Origin: the human T2T-CHM13v2.0 reference genome, Homo sapiens
DNA length: 64,000 bases
Assembly (NCBI RefSeq): GCF_009914755.1
Contig: NC_060930.1
Reading direction: 5' to 3' (one strand)
The notes beneath the pieces are model-generated. The model did no database searches, was not told the DNA's origin, and was given only the letters and a program-made list of their open reading frames with translations. Made by a program: the position numbers and the translations under genes. Below, piece by piece: positions 28,975 through 43,449 of the stretch (position 1 is its first letter; each line of letters begins with the position of its first letter).

Positions 28975-29350
28975 CTGCTTTATTAAAGTATAATTGAGAA
29001 ATAAAAAATGTATGTATTTACAATGTAAAATATGATGCTTTGATATCTGTATACATTTTGAAATTATTAAATCAACCTTATCAGCAACTTTTATCTCACA
29101 TACCTATTTTTTGTGATGAGAACTATTAAAATCTACTTTCTTAGCAATTTCAAGTATACAATACATTATTATGAATTATAGTGACTATACTGTACAATAG
29201 ATCTTCAGAATGTATTCATCTTAACTGAGACTTTGTACTCTTTAACCAGCATCTCCCTTCTTTCCACGCCCACAACCCTTGGCAACCACCATTCTAGTCT
29301 CTGCTTCTGTAAATTTGACATTTTTAGATTCCATATATAAGTGAGATAAT
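28975..29350 (-). mobile_element. L1MA 3' end fragment
   Basis: ctttattaaagtataattga...aaaatctactttcttagcaattttcaagtatacaatac...ttttagattccatatataagtgagat. Confidence 0.85.
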
Positions 29351-32300
29351 GAATTGCAACTGTTTCTCCCCATTTGTTCACTAAAGGCAGAATTTCATTA
29401 AATATAACTTGCTTGGCTAGATAAGTGGGAGAGCAGAGCTGAGATTCAAACCTTCATCAGGTTCAAATAGCTATGCTGTTAATATTTGGCTTCCCAATAC
29501 TTTCTTATCCAGTGAGTTTTAACACAACTTACTATCAACACTTTAATTCCAAAATAGTAATCCAGTTACAAAAATCAAACTAAAAGGATCTTAAGACATT
29601 GAGCTTCTTCCTCTCCCTTTCAGACTTGACTTGTTTAAGTGCTGCATCATTAATCCTAACAGAGATCTTATGTCTGAGCAACTTCTAAACTATTCAGTAA
29701 CTATATTAACTCATTCTCTAAATTGTGGTGTCTGGATTAATGAGGTATATTTCTATGTACATAGAGTTATGTAAAATGCTGTGCATCAATAAAATACATT
29801 TATACAATTTATTAGGCTTTCTTATTCTTGGGTTGTTTGTTACTGGATAAATTACATTAAATGATGAATTTACTCTCACTATTTGAGACAATGGGAAGAT
29901 GAACATCTTTGAAACATAGCTCAAAGTTATAACATTCAGTCAATCACATAGTTTATTGTTACTTTAATTTCGCTTCTGAGATGGTAAGTTATTTTTCCTG
30001 ATTGTTAATCCAATATTATAGCTGGGTCTAAACTCTCACAGATCCCCTAAGCCTAAATATTTAATATATTAGGCTGGTTACAATGCAAAATGGCTGAGCT
30101 GCAGACTTCCAGCCTAAGGCTGCAGTTTAGATTTTCTTCTTTCTTTTTTTTTTCCCTGTATATTAAACATCACAGCAGGGTCCTGTTAACAATTAGTGTT
30201 TATTGGTTATGGGGTATCTGTTTTACAGTGAGAGAAAAACTCCGCACACCACTAGGTACACAGCAAAAAGACTGCTATAACGAAACATTTTATAATTGGG
30301 TTGCATTTTATAATACCCAAAACTGACATAGGAAGAATTAGAGTTCAGACATTTACTCTCAAAATTCGGAATTGGATTAGTTACTAGTGCTACTAACATT
30401 CCCTTACCTTATTCATTTCCAAAATGATTATAAATACATATTATTATGGCAGCTGTCCTCCAAAGAGCCTAAGGCAGTTTGCACAGAATAATTCTCTCCC
30501 TGCCTCTGGGAAAAGGGGAGGAAGCTTAACAGAAACTGCTCTCACCCTAGTTCTATTCCATAGTCTCAATGACCTAAGTAATATAATGGAAGATCTGGAT
30601 TTCAAACCCCATAGGCCAATGGTTATGCATTAAATCAAACATATTACAGTACTATATAATTACATGAACCTGATAGACTGAAAAGTAAGATATATTTATT
30701 AATATTATTAAATGTTTCAGGAAAGGTAGTTTTGCATGAGTGTTTAAAAGCTTGGGTTCTCTTTTCAGACTATCTGAATTTGAATTCAGGGACCAGAACA
30801 AATAGTTTTGGTAGATTAATTACAGTGAATATAGATGAGATCATGTCTCTCTCTCTCCCCTCATTTTCCCTTCATTATTCCCACTTCTCCCTGTTTCTTT
30901 ATAAGGAACACTATGAAGAAACACTCTACCGTGTGTCACAGTGGAGTTGGTGCGGCATTCCAGTAAACATAAGGCCACCCAACTTCTAATTACAGCTCTG
31001 CATCCCAATCCATTGCATAATTCTGCTTCAGTACAATAAGGGGGTTGGGCTAGGCCACTAAATATTTGTTTTCTTTCAGACTACATGGGCATAAATTTAA
31101 CATGGTTTTTCTTTGTTCATTCGGAACCTGTGCTACCCACTCAGCTACCTACTTAAACAGGCTCTGGAAATATTACTCACCTGCATCCCCACAGAATCCT
31201 CACATTTTTGTCTGGGAATGAATGGCAAAGAAAACACATTATTTTTGTAATTTGTGGGTGAACCCGGCTCTTCCAGTTGTAGAAAATTTTGTAATTTAAA
31301 TCAAATTAAATTTAATATGTATTAGTTTTTAAATTTAAGGAGTATGCTCCTTCCGGTGGTTAAAAAATATTGTAACTTAATTAAATGCATTCACATTCCC
31401 ATCCTAGGTCTGAACAAAATTTCTAATTCTGGAACTATCTTTATATATGTATGCATATATTATTAATATCAATAGTGATACCTTTACTCTTGTTTTTTTT
31501 CCAGCTTATGATTTGCCAAAATCTCTAGCTGTCATACCTACTTCTATTGTTTAGCTGTATCTCTTTCAGTTTTCTTTCCCCTATCTTTTATAAATAAAAC
31601 ATGATCCTTAAGAATGAAATATTATTAATGCTGTGTTATTAGACTGAAGGCAGCTCAATATTTCATACACATGTCTTATAATGAATGAAATACAGCCACA
31701 CAGAGATGTCCACAAAGCAAGCACATAACATAGAAACATGTATTCATACTGAGGATAGAATGCTGAACAGGAATTCTAGTAGCTATATTTTGTGATTTTG
31801 TTTTCCCTTTTGCAACTAACCTGGGATAAATGATTTAATGTTGTGTCTTGATCTTCCATTTGTAGAGGAAAACCAATAGCAAACCTGTTTAAACTGCAAG
31901 ATGAGAGTTGGTGTTGCACAACTTTGGCATTGGTAAATCATATTGTTAGTAAACCTGAAAACAGTCTGAATCTTGAAGCAGTTAAACTTGGGGATAATCA
32001 TTTACCTTATCCAAAAGATATATCATTTATTTGTAGAACTCCATGCTATGAATGTCAGTAGACACATGTATGAAGAAATATATTGTGGACAAGTACAGGG
32101 GACAAAAGTATAGTAAATATACTATACAACAAAGCAGAAGATGATCTGTGCTTCAACACTAGCATCAAGTTCTACAGAAATTGAAAGGTAGACGCCTCAA
32201 GGAACAATTTTACTATTTCTCTGGCAATGTAACCAGAATAACCTGAACTGGCAAATTAAAGGAGTAAATTACCAAATATCAAATACTGCAAAAAAATTAG

Positions 32301-32599
32301 GTAATATTGTACTTTCCTGAAGATCCTTCTTGAGATTATATGGGTCACATGTTGGATGGCCATGTACTTTATCTTTCAAAACAGGGACACTTTTGAGATT
32401 GAAAGAAGATATATTAATTACTCTGGATAACAGGTACAAACTAGGACTGTCTTGGGCAATCTGGGATGTAGTGTTAAGTTTGAAACTGAACACAGTTAGA
32501 GACATTAACATACTTGCAAGCTAACAAATTAGCCTGCTACCATATGTCTGCATATGTGCATACATGTATGTGTGTATGTACATATTTATGTGTGTGTGC

Positions 32600-33383
<784 letters not shown>

Positions 33384-35009
33384 TGATCTGTTAACCCAGG
33401 TGCCAGTGCTCTTTGCTCAGAAACATTACAGTATTTATGAAACATTGTCTGCCAATTGTCACCCTAGTTGAATATCACTGGGTGCATGACTATCTTCTCA
33501 AAACCAAAGACAGTTACAGTTAATTTCATAATTTTCAGTGAAACCTAATGCTTCGCTAGGTTTCTCAGATAGCATATTTGGAGCTAATTTATGTATTTAT
33601 ATCTGAATTGCACATCCAGAGTGAATCCAGTTGAATTCCCCACAGATTTCTGAGATGAGAAACATAGGCATTAGGTCTATTTTTGGTAGTAAACTACAGA
33701 AATCTGATTTCAGCTAGCTTAAGCCCCCGAAATAGAATTTGTTATAAGGCCATTGGGTGTCAGAAAACCTAAGGGAAAGACGAGCTGAAAGGAAGGATTC
33801 TGCCGCTCTGCATTTTTTTCCTGATGCTTCTGCCTCATTCTTCTGTCTCATTGCAGATCAGCTCCCTTTGTGTCTCTGTCTATATGGCTTAATATGTAAA
33901 ATAAAGAATACTTCTGTTTCAAAAAGTCCTAACATAGCTTTTAATGCATATTTTACATATCTCTCTGTCTTAGGCTTTGTGGCAAGAAAAAAAGATTCAA
34001 TCAAATTACTTTGGGCCATTCGTGTAATAACAAGGGAGGCCCTGTGGAGCTTAAAGAAGCAAGACTCATGGGTTTCCAGATAGGCAGAATCTAACACTGA
34101 GTCAGAAACTGGAACTGGGTTAACTTTTAGCCCCTAGGAACTTAGATATTGTTCATCTTTTGCGTTTAACATAATTCAGAAACACACTCTGTACTGGTGC
34201 TACCAGCCACATTACCAAGGGGCCATCTTTCTGAATGTTGCCACCTGAGCACCCTGGCCTCCCTTTGTATGTTTCCAGCTTCTGGTAAGAACTGCTCAAG
34301 TCTCCTTTTAGTGGCATCTTTAGGATTTCTGTATGGCTGAGACTCAAGGGCAGGCATGAGGTTTGAAAAGGGCCTTAAAATGATGTTTTCATTATTAATA
34401 AAATTGCCTACGTTAAGGAATTGAGGTGGGGAGTGATAAAGATTATGGAGCAGGAGTGAGTCTCTTTCCCAAGCCAATGTCAGGTCTAAAAATGTACACA
34501 TTTCTGAAAGAGAAAATCTGATTGGAATAGAAAGTGGCTGTCATCTCTGGGTAGAGCTTTTGCACTGCCCTCAAGTCGTGTGCTCGCTCCCTGGCCTAAT
34601 CAGGAGTGTCCAGAAAGGCATGGTCACATGGCATAGCTCAGGATTATTTCCATAGGAGCTGCCTGGACCGTATTACCCCAGTTTCCTGTATCATCGCCAC
34701 TGGTATTCCTTTGATTAAAGCGGAGGGAAGCTTATTTGTAAGAGCGCCAAGTCATAGACTTGAACCACAGCTCTATGGTTTGAAGGGCTGGTGACTTTAG
34801 ACAAGTTATTTCCTTTCGGTGAGGCTCCATTTTCTTGTGTTTAAGATGGAGATACTGACCCCAGTTGAGAACAGTAGTGAAGACAAAATGAGACAGTGGA
34901 TATAAAAGAATTGTGTGGTTGGTAAAGCCTTGTGAAAGTAAAGGGTTAACATTTGCAATGCTGTAAAACTTTCAGAAGACTTGGTTAATGTTAATAATTA
35001 AATAGCCAA

Positions 35010-35220
35010 CACTTCCTGAATGCTTCTGCTCCAAAAACTTTGTGCATATTATTTTAATTAGTCATCATAATTACTGTATGGGGTACATACTATTATTGTT
35101 TCTATTTTCAGATGACAAATCTAATGTACACAGAGGTTAAGTAACTTGCCCAAGGTCACACGGCCAGTAAGTAAAGTTAGGATTTAAACCCAGATAGTCT
35201 GGCTCCAAAACCAGCACTCT
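35010..35220 (-). mobile_element. MIR SINE
   Basis: MIR core cagaggttaagtaacttgcccaaggtcacacggccagtaagt...ggatttaaacccag. Confidence 0.8.
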
Positions 35221-36111
35221 GTTCTACCTAGATCTCTAAGACTCTAATGAAGTTTCATGGTAACAAACAGTATAAAAATATAAATTAATCCATAAGGTAG
35301 AAAAATCAACTTCTGTACTGTCCTAAGGAGCTAGAGATAACCTTAAGAAACTAAGATTCTTATATAAGAAGAGAGTCTAATTTATACACAGTGAATCAGG
35401 CCAAAGTTGTGTCACTTGCTGGTTTAAAGAGATTACTTCCATTTTTTTTTTGTTTTCACATTTAGATTAGGAGGCTTTTCTTATTCTGTCAGAAATACTC
35501 ATAGGTGTTAGTGAACACTGTTGGGTGTGTTTCTGGATTAAAGAAGTGCTAGGCCAGCAAATTAAATCTTTTTATCTTTTGTAAAGAAAATAGCTCTATA
35601 ATTGTAAACTCTTTCTGTTAAGAAACTCAGTGCCCTTCAACCATAAGCAATCATAGGCCCGTATAAACATTGATTTTTTTGAATTCCACTGTTTCTAATT
35701 TCCCTAGTTAATATCTTGATGTATACATATAGATTTTCTGAAAATAACACAGAAAAATTCTACTGCTCAAAACTGGTTCCATAACAATTATGCAGCTTTT
35801 TATAATTGAAAGGTTAGATAGACAGTTTTGTTCTCTTAATTTTCATTTGTTTTTGTTTTTAAAAATTAACATATATTTCATATTAATGCATAGTTATTTT
35901 TAAGTTAAGGGGTCTAAATACTTTGCATGATTCTCACTGTCCATGAACATATAGTACAAAAGTAGTAAGAAAACACTAGTGAATAGTAATTCACTAGTAG
36001 TGTTATTGTTTTAATAGTTAACAATCATCACAGGTTTACTATGTTTTAGGCACTGTTTTAAATGTTTTTGTATGTAATTATTTTAATCTGCACAGCTTTA
36101 AATCACTGGGG

Positions 36112-36560
36112 TGACAGAGATTACTAGTTTTCCCCCCAGTACCTGTTCTCCCCTCTTGCTATAGCGATAAAGTTTTAGCAAGGCATGTGGCATCCCTTGA
36201 AACTAGATGTGGCCATTGACTAGGTTCTGGCCAATGGGATTGTGAGTGGGAGTGATGTGGGAACTTCTGGATCATACTCCTAAAGGAAATGAGGACATAT
36301 TCCCTTTTTTCTTATCCTCTTCTGCTAGCTAGAATGCAGATATCCAGGTGGCAGCTGGAATAGCCATCATGGTCCATGAGGTGGAAGCCACCTTTTGAGA
36401 GAGCAGAATAAAAAGACACAAGGAGTCAAACTCCACAGAATCATGGTGCCACCTTATCAGCCCTTGACTCCTGTATTGAAGAGAAGCAAACTTCTATTTC
36501 ATGTAAGTGGCTATTACTTTTGTTCTTATTATTATACAGCCAAACCACTACCATAACTAC
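36112..36560 (+). mobile_element. MLT1I/J-type MaLR LTR nested in a MIR
   Basis: tagatgtggccattgactaggttctggccaatgggat...gagaagcaaacttctat...cagccaaacc; MIR halves at ~36010-36100 and ~36570-36700. Confidence 0.7.
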
Positions 36561-39136
36561 TGAAGTCGATACCATCATCATTCTCATTTTAAAGTTGGAT
36601 AAACTGAGACACACAGAACTTAAGTGATGGAGTGGCAGAGCCAGGGTTTGAACCAGAAAATCTGGCTTCAGAGTCTTCCCTCTTAACCACAGCCCTCTAC
36701 TTTTTTACTTTCTCTGATCAGATACTATGCATATTTGTGTTTAATTAATTTTAACATGTGATTTTCTGCCATTTGTGACTTAGGGATGGGAGGATGAGAA
36801 GTGTTTTCTTTTTGGTGTTTTTGTTGTTGTTGTTGTTGGTTTTTTCTTTTTTTTTTTTTTTGCCTTTCTGCATTTTCTATCAGTGAAGAGATCATGTTGA
36901 AATCAATCTGGATGTGTCAGATTCATGCAGGGAAGGATGGTGAGGCTGACAATGGAATCAGAAACAGGGAGGCACAAGCGATGATGTGCAGAAGATAGGG
37001 ATGGGGAGGTAATGAAATGGAGACAGGAATGTGATTAAAGACAGCCAATTTCTGTGCAGCTGATATAGAAACCAAATAACAAGTGTGTGATAAAGAAGAA
37101 GGAGATAAAGTAAGTATTTTCATATCACTGACAGATCTGGCCCCATGTCAGGTGCAATCAAGGTTGCCTGCATCTTGCAGTTGGTCCTACTAGCTGCAGG
37201 TACCCTGGGACAACAATGATCCTGCAGCCTAAAGAAACGCATAATGTTCTCGAAACTTGAGTTTCAGTGTGACCTTCTCTACATGAATCTTTTCAGCTTT
37301 AGGCCTTCTGGGGAGGCCTCAGAACAGCATTTCCTGAAGCTTCATTTAAAGATACTGTTTCGCTCCCCTGTCTGTCCTGGCTTCTTCTCCTTCTGTCAGC
37401 TTTGTGGCAGCAAAGGCAAGGTAATGCTTGGTATTAGAAAGGTATGATGCCTAAAATTAGAAGACTCCGAAATCATTTCAAATTGACCCCTCACTTTTCA
37501 TATAGGTTGACCTAAATTTCATTTCAGAACAGAGATTCTTCCTCTCACCACATAATTTTTGAGCATGTTTCTTCACTTTTCTCTATTCCATTTTCCTTAG
37601 GTGTGAACAAAAGACTTGAACTAAGTGAGTGCTGAGGGCATTTACAGGAATAGCCTTCCGTGGTTTGCCCTTCTCCATAGCTTTGAATTTCCAAACCACT
37701 GAAAAAGAAGTCATAAACCATGCATTTTCTTCAATACTTCCTTACTCTTCACTGCCTCAGTTACTTAGATAATGGGAAGTTTTGTGTGTTCATGCCTTTA
37801 TCTAAGAAATCATGAAAGAGGAAGTGTATCATTAGAAAAGGTGACTTCTATTTACTTACATTGAGACTAAGGCAAAAAGACAATTCCATCTTTAGGAAAG
37901 TGGATCTGTTCCAGGGAGAACAATGAGAAGATTTATCTGGACTCCACATTTCTGCCATCTGGGCCTGCTCTCTCATTGAAAAGAGAATTTCCTAACTTCT
38001 AACTTCATAAACGTTGCTCTAGGAGAGAAGTAGTAATGACCCTCACTGACAAAGAATGCAATACAATTCAGAATATGCTTGATCCAAATCATCATCAAGT
38101 TGATAGTGCTTTACACTTGGCAAAGTGCTCTCACACTACAAGTCCCCCTGCCCAATGTGGGCAAAACACAATGAATAAAATATGATCCCCGCTCAGAAGG
38201 GGCCTATAATCCAGGGTAGAAAATAGACACACATACATTAATAATTCTAACTCAAGACATACCCCATTTCTGCATTATTAGAGGTACAAAGAAAATGCTA
38301 GCAGAACAGCAGAGGGGGAGGTTACTCCCCATAGGGCTGTAAATGAAGGTTTCTTGAAAAAGTGAGAACGTGTCAAGGCTATTGCTAATAGCAAACATAA
38401 CAAGTTACTTTACCTATTTCTTTAATTTCTTTTGATTTTTACAATAACCCAAGTGAGGACGTAGAAGATGAAGAAAAAATTGGAAAATGCAGGGAATTTG
38501 TTGTCTTATGGTTACAGATAGAAGGGGTTGATGCTGCTATTCACCCCAGAGAAAACCACAGATTTGCCTGTGTGAGAAGCATCTAGATTTTAGAGCACTT
38601 CCTATAATTGGAGAGTGTGCCCGATGACTTTTGACTTGTAGGCACATAAAGTGAATTTTATGCATGCTTCAATCTATATTTTAAGTCTGACCATACCTAA
38701 CTTGCTTATCAACAGTAGTCATTTTAGTATAATGAGAATATGTGATTTTTCCTTTTATTTATTTTCCAAATACAATTTAAGGGTAAGCCTTTAATAGAGA
38801 TATAAAATAAATAAAAATAAATAAAAAATTAAAAAGGAATAGTGACAGAGTAAAAGCAAGAGAGTGAGACATGAAAATGTTTTTCATATATAGGTTTCTT
38901 ACATTTCATTATTTTGTGAATGAATATATTGCAGTGCTTATCTTGATCCTTGAGAGTGCATATTGTTATTAGCAGACTGTCAGCTGGTGGAGAGGGTACA
39001 GATCCAGAGACTTAGAAAGCTTAGATTTTAATCCCGGTTCTCTTGCAAAAAGGAAAAAGAAAAGAAACAAAAAAATCTTTTGGTAATATGCAGTTATGTG
39101 CGTCCGCCATCTTTCTTCTTCACTACAGTTCTGTGC

Positions 39137-39461
39137 TTTTTTGTTATTGTTTTTTTGTTTTTGCTTTTGTTTTAGACGGAGTCTCGCTTTGTCGCCAGGC
39201 TAGAGTGCAGTGGCAACTGATGTTGGCTCACGGCAACCTCTGCCTCCCGGGTTCAAGCCATTCTCCTGCCTCAGCCTCCTGATTAGCTGGGTAGCTGGGA
39301 CTACAGGCGCGCGCCACCACGCCTAGCTAATTTTTGTGTTTTTAGAAGAGATGGGGTTTCACCATGTTGGCCAGGATGCTGTCGATCTCCTGACCTCGTG
39401 ATCCGCCCGCCTCGGCCTCCCAAAGTGCTGGTATTCCAGGCGTGAGACACCGCTGCCGGCC
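39137..39461 (-). mobile_element. AluS (AluSc-like) element, CpG-retaining
   Basis: tcgctttgtcgccaggc and ctcctgacctcgtgatccgcccgcctcggcc; agttctgtg TSD; inserted in a MIR. Confidence 0.93.
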
Positions 39462-39608
39462 AGTTCTGTGATCTTAATAAGCCATTTAACCTCTGCCTTA
39501 GGCAGCTTATCTGTTGAGCGGTCATTTCCCTCGTCAAGTGCTTGTACAACATTGATAAACATATAATCTGATATTTATGTAAAGTAGCTATTTTTTAAAA
39601 AAAGTATG

Positions 39609-40987
39609 GCTCCTCCCTCGAATCGCAGCCTCTGGGACCAGGGTCGCTCCATCCGTGCTCCGCCTCGCCATGACTTCCTACAGCTATCGCCAGTCGTAGG
39701 CCAAGTAGTCCTTCTGGGGCCTGGGTGGTGGCTCCGTGAGTTTTGTGGCAGAGGTTGCCTTTCGCGCGCTCAGCATGCACTGGGGCTCTGGAGGCTGCGG
39801 CGTGTCCGTGTCCTCCGCCCGCTTCGTGTCTGTCCTCGTCCTCCTTGGGGGGCTACGGCGGCGTCTTGGCCGTGTCCTACGGGCTGCTGGCGGGCAACGA
39901 GAAGCTCAATATGCAGAACCTCAGCGACCCTCTGGCCTCCTACCTGGACAAGGTGGGCGCCCTGGAGGCAGCCAACGGCAAACTGGAGGTGAAGATCCGC
40001 GACTGGTACCAGAAGCAGGGGCCCGGGCCCTCCCGTGACTACAGCCACTCTACAAGACTATCCAGGACCTGCGGGACAAGATTCTTGGTGCCACCATTGA
40101 GAACTCCAGGATTGTCCTGGAGATCGACAACGCCCGTCTGGCTGCAGATGACTTCCGAACCAAGAGTGAGACGGAGCAGGCTCTGCGCATGAGCGCGGAG
40201 GCCGACATCAACGGCCTGCGCAGGGTGCTGGACGAGCTGACCCTGGCCATTACCGACCTGGAGATGCAGATCTAAGGCCTGAAGGAAGAGCTGGCCTACC
40301 TGAAGAGGAACCATGAGAAGGAAATCAGTGGGCTGAGGGGCCAAGTGGGAGGCCAGGTCAGTGGGGAGGTGGATTCGGCTCAGGGCACCTATCTCGCCAA
40401 GATCCTGAGTTACATGCGAAGCCAATACGAGGTCATGGCGGAGCAGAACTGGAAGGTTGCTGAAGCCTGGTTCACCAGCCGGACTGAAGAATTGAACCGG
40501 GAGGTCGCTGGCCACACAGATCAGCTCCAGATGAGCCGGTCCAAGGTCGCTGACCTGCGGCGCACCCTCCAGGGTCTTGAGCTGCAGTCACGGCTGAGCA
40601 TGAAAGCCGCCTTGGAAGCCACACTGGCAGAAACGGAGGCGCGCTTTGGAGTCCAGCTGGCGCAGATCCAGCCGCTGATCAACTGTATTGAAGCCCAGCT
40701 GGGCGATGTGCGAGCTGATAGTGAGCGGCAGAATCAGGATTAACAGCAGTTCATGGACATCAAGTCGCGGCTGGAGCAGGAGATCTCCACCTACCGCAGC
40801 CTGCTCGAGGGCCAGAAAGATCACTACAACAACCTGTCCGCCTCCAAGGTCCTCTGAGGCAGCAGGCTAAGGGGCTTCTACTGTCCTTTGGAGGGTGTCT
40901 CCTGGGTAGGGAGATGGGAAGGAAGGGACCCTTACCCCCTGCTCTTCCCCTGATCTGCCAATAAAATTTTATGGTCCAAGGGGAAAA

Positions 40988-40996
<9 letters not shown>
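39609..40996 (+). pseudogene. KRT19P1: Keratin 19 processed pseudogene, full length
   Basis: KRT19 5' UTR, ATG 39670 (MTSYSYRQS*), [62 protein letters not shown] 40855-40857, AATAAA 40960-40965, A13 at 40984-40996, no introns. Stops at 39697, 39706, 40273 and 40741 plus frameshifts. KRT19 origin is certain; the P1 paralog number is inferred. Confidence 0.9.
40064..40086 (+). ncRNA. Exact match to mature miR-492 sequence (paralogous copy; expression unknown)
   Basis: aggacctgcgggacaagattctt equals the recalled mature hsa-miR-492, which derives from KRT19-family sequence. Confidence 0.4.
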
Positions 40997-41066
<70 letters not shown>

Positions 41067-41093
41067 CGTGTGTGTGTATATATATATATATAT
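40997..41093. repeat. (TA)n(TG)n(TA)n compound microsatellite at the pseudogene poly-A tail
   Basis: Directly follows the A13 tail. Confidence 0.95.
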
Positions 41094-41349
41094 GAAAAAC
41101 AATACATGCTCGTTGTAGAAATGTGGAAAACATGGCGAACTAATCAGAAATTCATAAATATCACCCGTGACTTTACCACCCAGGGAGATCCACGTTGCTT
41201 GCACTTTGTTGAATCTGCTTCCCGTTTGTACTTCTGTTTCTGCATTTCTCCAGGCTAAGAAAGGTGAAAGCAGGGAATCCATCTCCCTTTATCCGACTCA
41301 ATGATCCTGGTCAGGCAAGGAGGCACTTAACCTTCTGTTGAGTGGATAG

Positions 41350-41679
<330 letters not shown>

Positions 41680-42867
41680 ACTTCCTTATTATCTTTTTCA
41701 AAACTCTTATTTGTGACTCAGGCTGAATTTATTCCATGCCTTAAATATAGGCCTTTATCAAAACTTGGTACCTCTTGATTTTTTTCAGGGCCTGGCTCCT
41801 GTTTACCATTTAGTCTCCCAGTTATCTTGTGAGGCTTCTAGGACAGACTTCCCCTGCCCTGGTGCATACTTGTAGAATGATAGAGTGGTAGATGTAGACA
41901 GGCCCAGGGAATCTTCTGCTCTCTTTTTTAGTTTCCAAGAGGGAAATCCAAGGCATCCAGAGGGAACTAGATCAAAGTTATAGAGAAGGTTCTCTGCGGA
42001 GCCTGGACTCACCTTGAAACTCCTATAGCCCCCAACCCCAGAACAGAACATCTAGAACCTGATGATATAGTCGATCTTGAGATATCCCTGTCCTTGTGTA
42101 GAGAAGTCAACTAGAGTTTAATTTATATCTCTACTCCAACTTATGAAGCATTTCTTGGCTGATACAAGGTCTGATTTAGATTTTTTAGGATTTTCTCCCC
42201 ACTAACACTACAAAAAAGAATCCTTAGGGGTCGTCCTTATAGCTGTCACATTGGCCTCTGTTGACCTTAAGTTTTCCTCTCAGAATACCCTGAGCTGCTT
42301 CATTTGCATTATTTCAGTCTTATTTTTCTGTTTTTGGTATTACATGTTCTGTCATCTGTACACATTTTTGTGAGCATAGTCTTTAACACAGGAATAACCA
42401 GGAAAGATCTGAAGAATCCCAGTCAGCGGCCATGGTATGTAGTAATTCATGTTAGCGCCTGAAATAATTGTGTTCATTTTAATGGAATTGATATAGTTTA
42501 GGCATAAATCTGTGTTGTTTTGGTGCTCAGCTCTACAAAAAACGTCTCCCTTTAATTATAAGAAATTTTCACGTTATAAGAAATAATCCTCTGAAGTATA
42601 TTTTTGGTGTGGAAAGGCAGGGAGAGTCCATCTTCCATTCATCCTGAGTCTTCTGTCAATTGCTTCCTATGAAGATGCCAGTCGCTCAGTGATCTTGATT
42701 ACAGGCTTGATTCTCAAGGCCCAAGAGCGGCTGAGCACATTAAAACACACACTTTGGATGCTAAACAAACCACACAGTAATTCCGGGAGAGTTTTAGAAA
42801 CATTTCTGCTTTGCAAAGGGCTTCAATCACATAATCTTCCATTTTTGTTTCTTTGTTATACATTTTT

Positions 42868-43223
42868 TTGTTTCTATTTTAATTTACAAATTAAAACTGT
42901 ATACATTTATGGTACACAACATAAAGTTTTGAAATATGTATATATTGTGAAATGGCTAAATCAAGCTAATTAGTATATGCATTACCACACATACTTATTA
43001 ATTTGTGGTGAGAATACTTAAAATCCACTCTCAGCAATTTTCAAGTACACAATACATTGTTATTAAGTATAGTCCCCATGTTGTACAATAGCAGCCTCTT
43101 CAATAAATGATGTTGGAAAACTGAATAGTACTAGGCCCTTATCTCACACTATATACAAAAATCAACTCAAAAATAAAGACTTAAATGTAAGATCCGAAAC
43201 TGTAAAGCTACTAGGAAAAAAAA
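42868..43223. mobile_element. Short L1MA insertion with 5' inversion (twin-priming structure)
   Basis: Antisense L1MA 3' end (~42868-43091) joined to a sense ORF2 piece (~43092-43223). Confidence 0.75.
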
Positions 43224-43449
43224 ATATGTTTTTAAGAATTTTTGTGCAATTTGTGTGTTATTATTTTTCAATATGGTGCACTTCCATATAATACGTGCAG
43301 ATCGTTAGTACTATATTCAAGTGTCAGGAAATTTTAATAAAGTAAGGAGATATATATTAAAGGCCACATATCTTCAAACACATTATGCCCTTTAAATTAT
43401 TTCCTCTCAATCCTAGCAATGACCGAAATTAATCTTTGGTCATTGGGAA

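Noticed and set aside
39743-40743. Keratin-like ORFs as a functional KRT19 CDS
   Set aside because: No introns, poly-A tail, stop at codon 10, and further stops and frameshifts; these ORF calls lack proper ATG starts.
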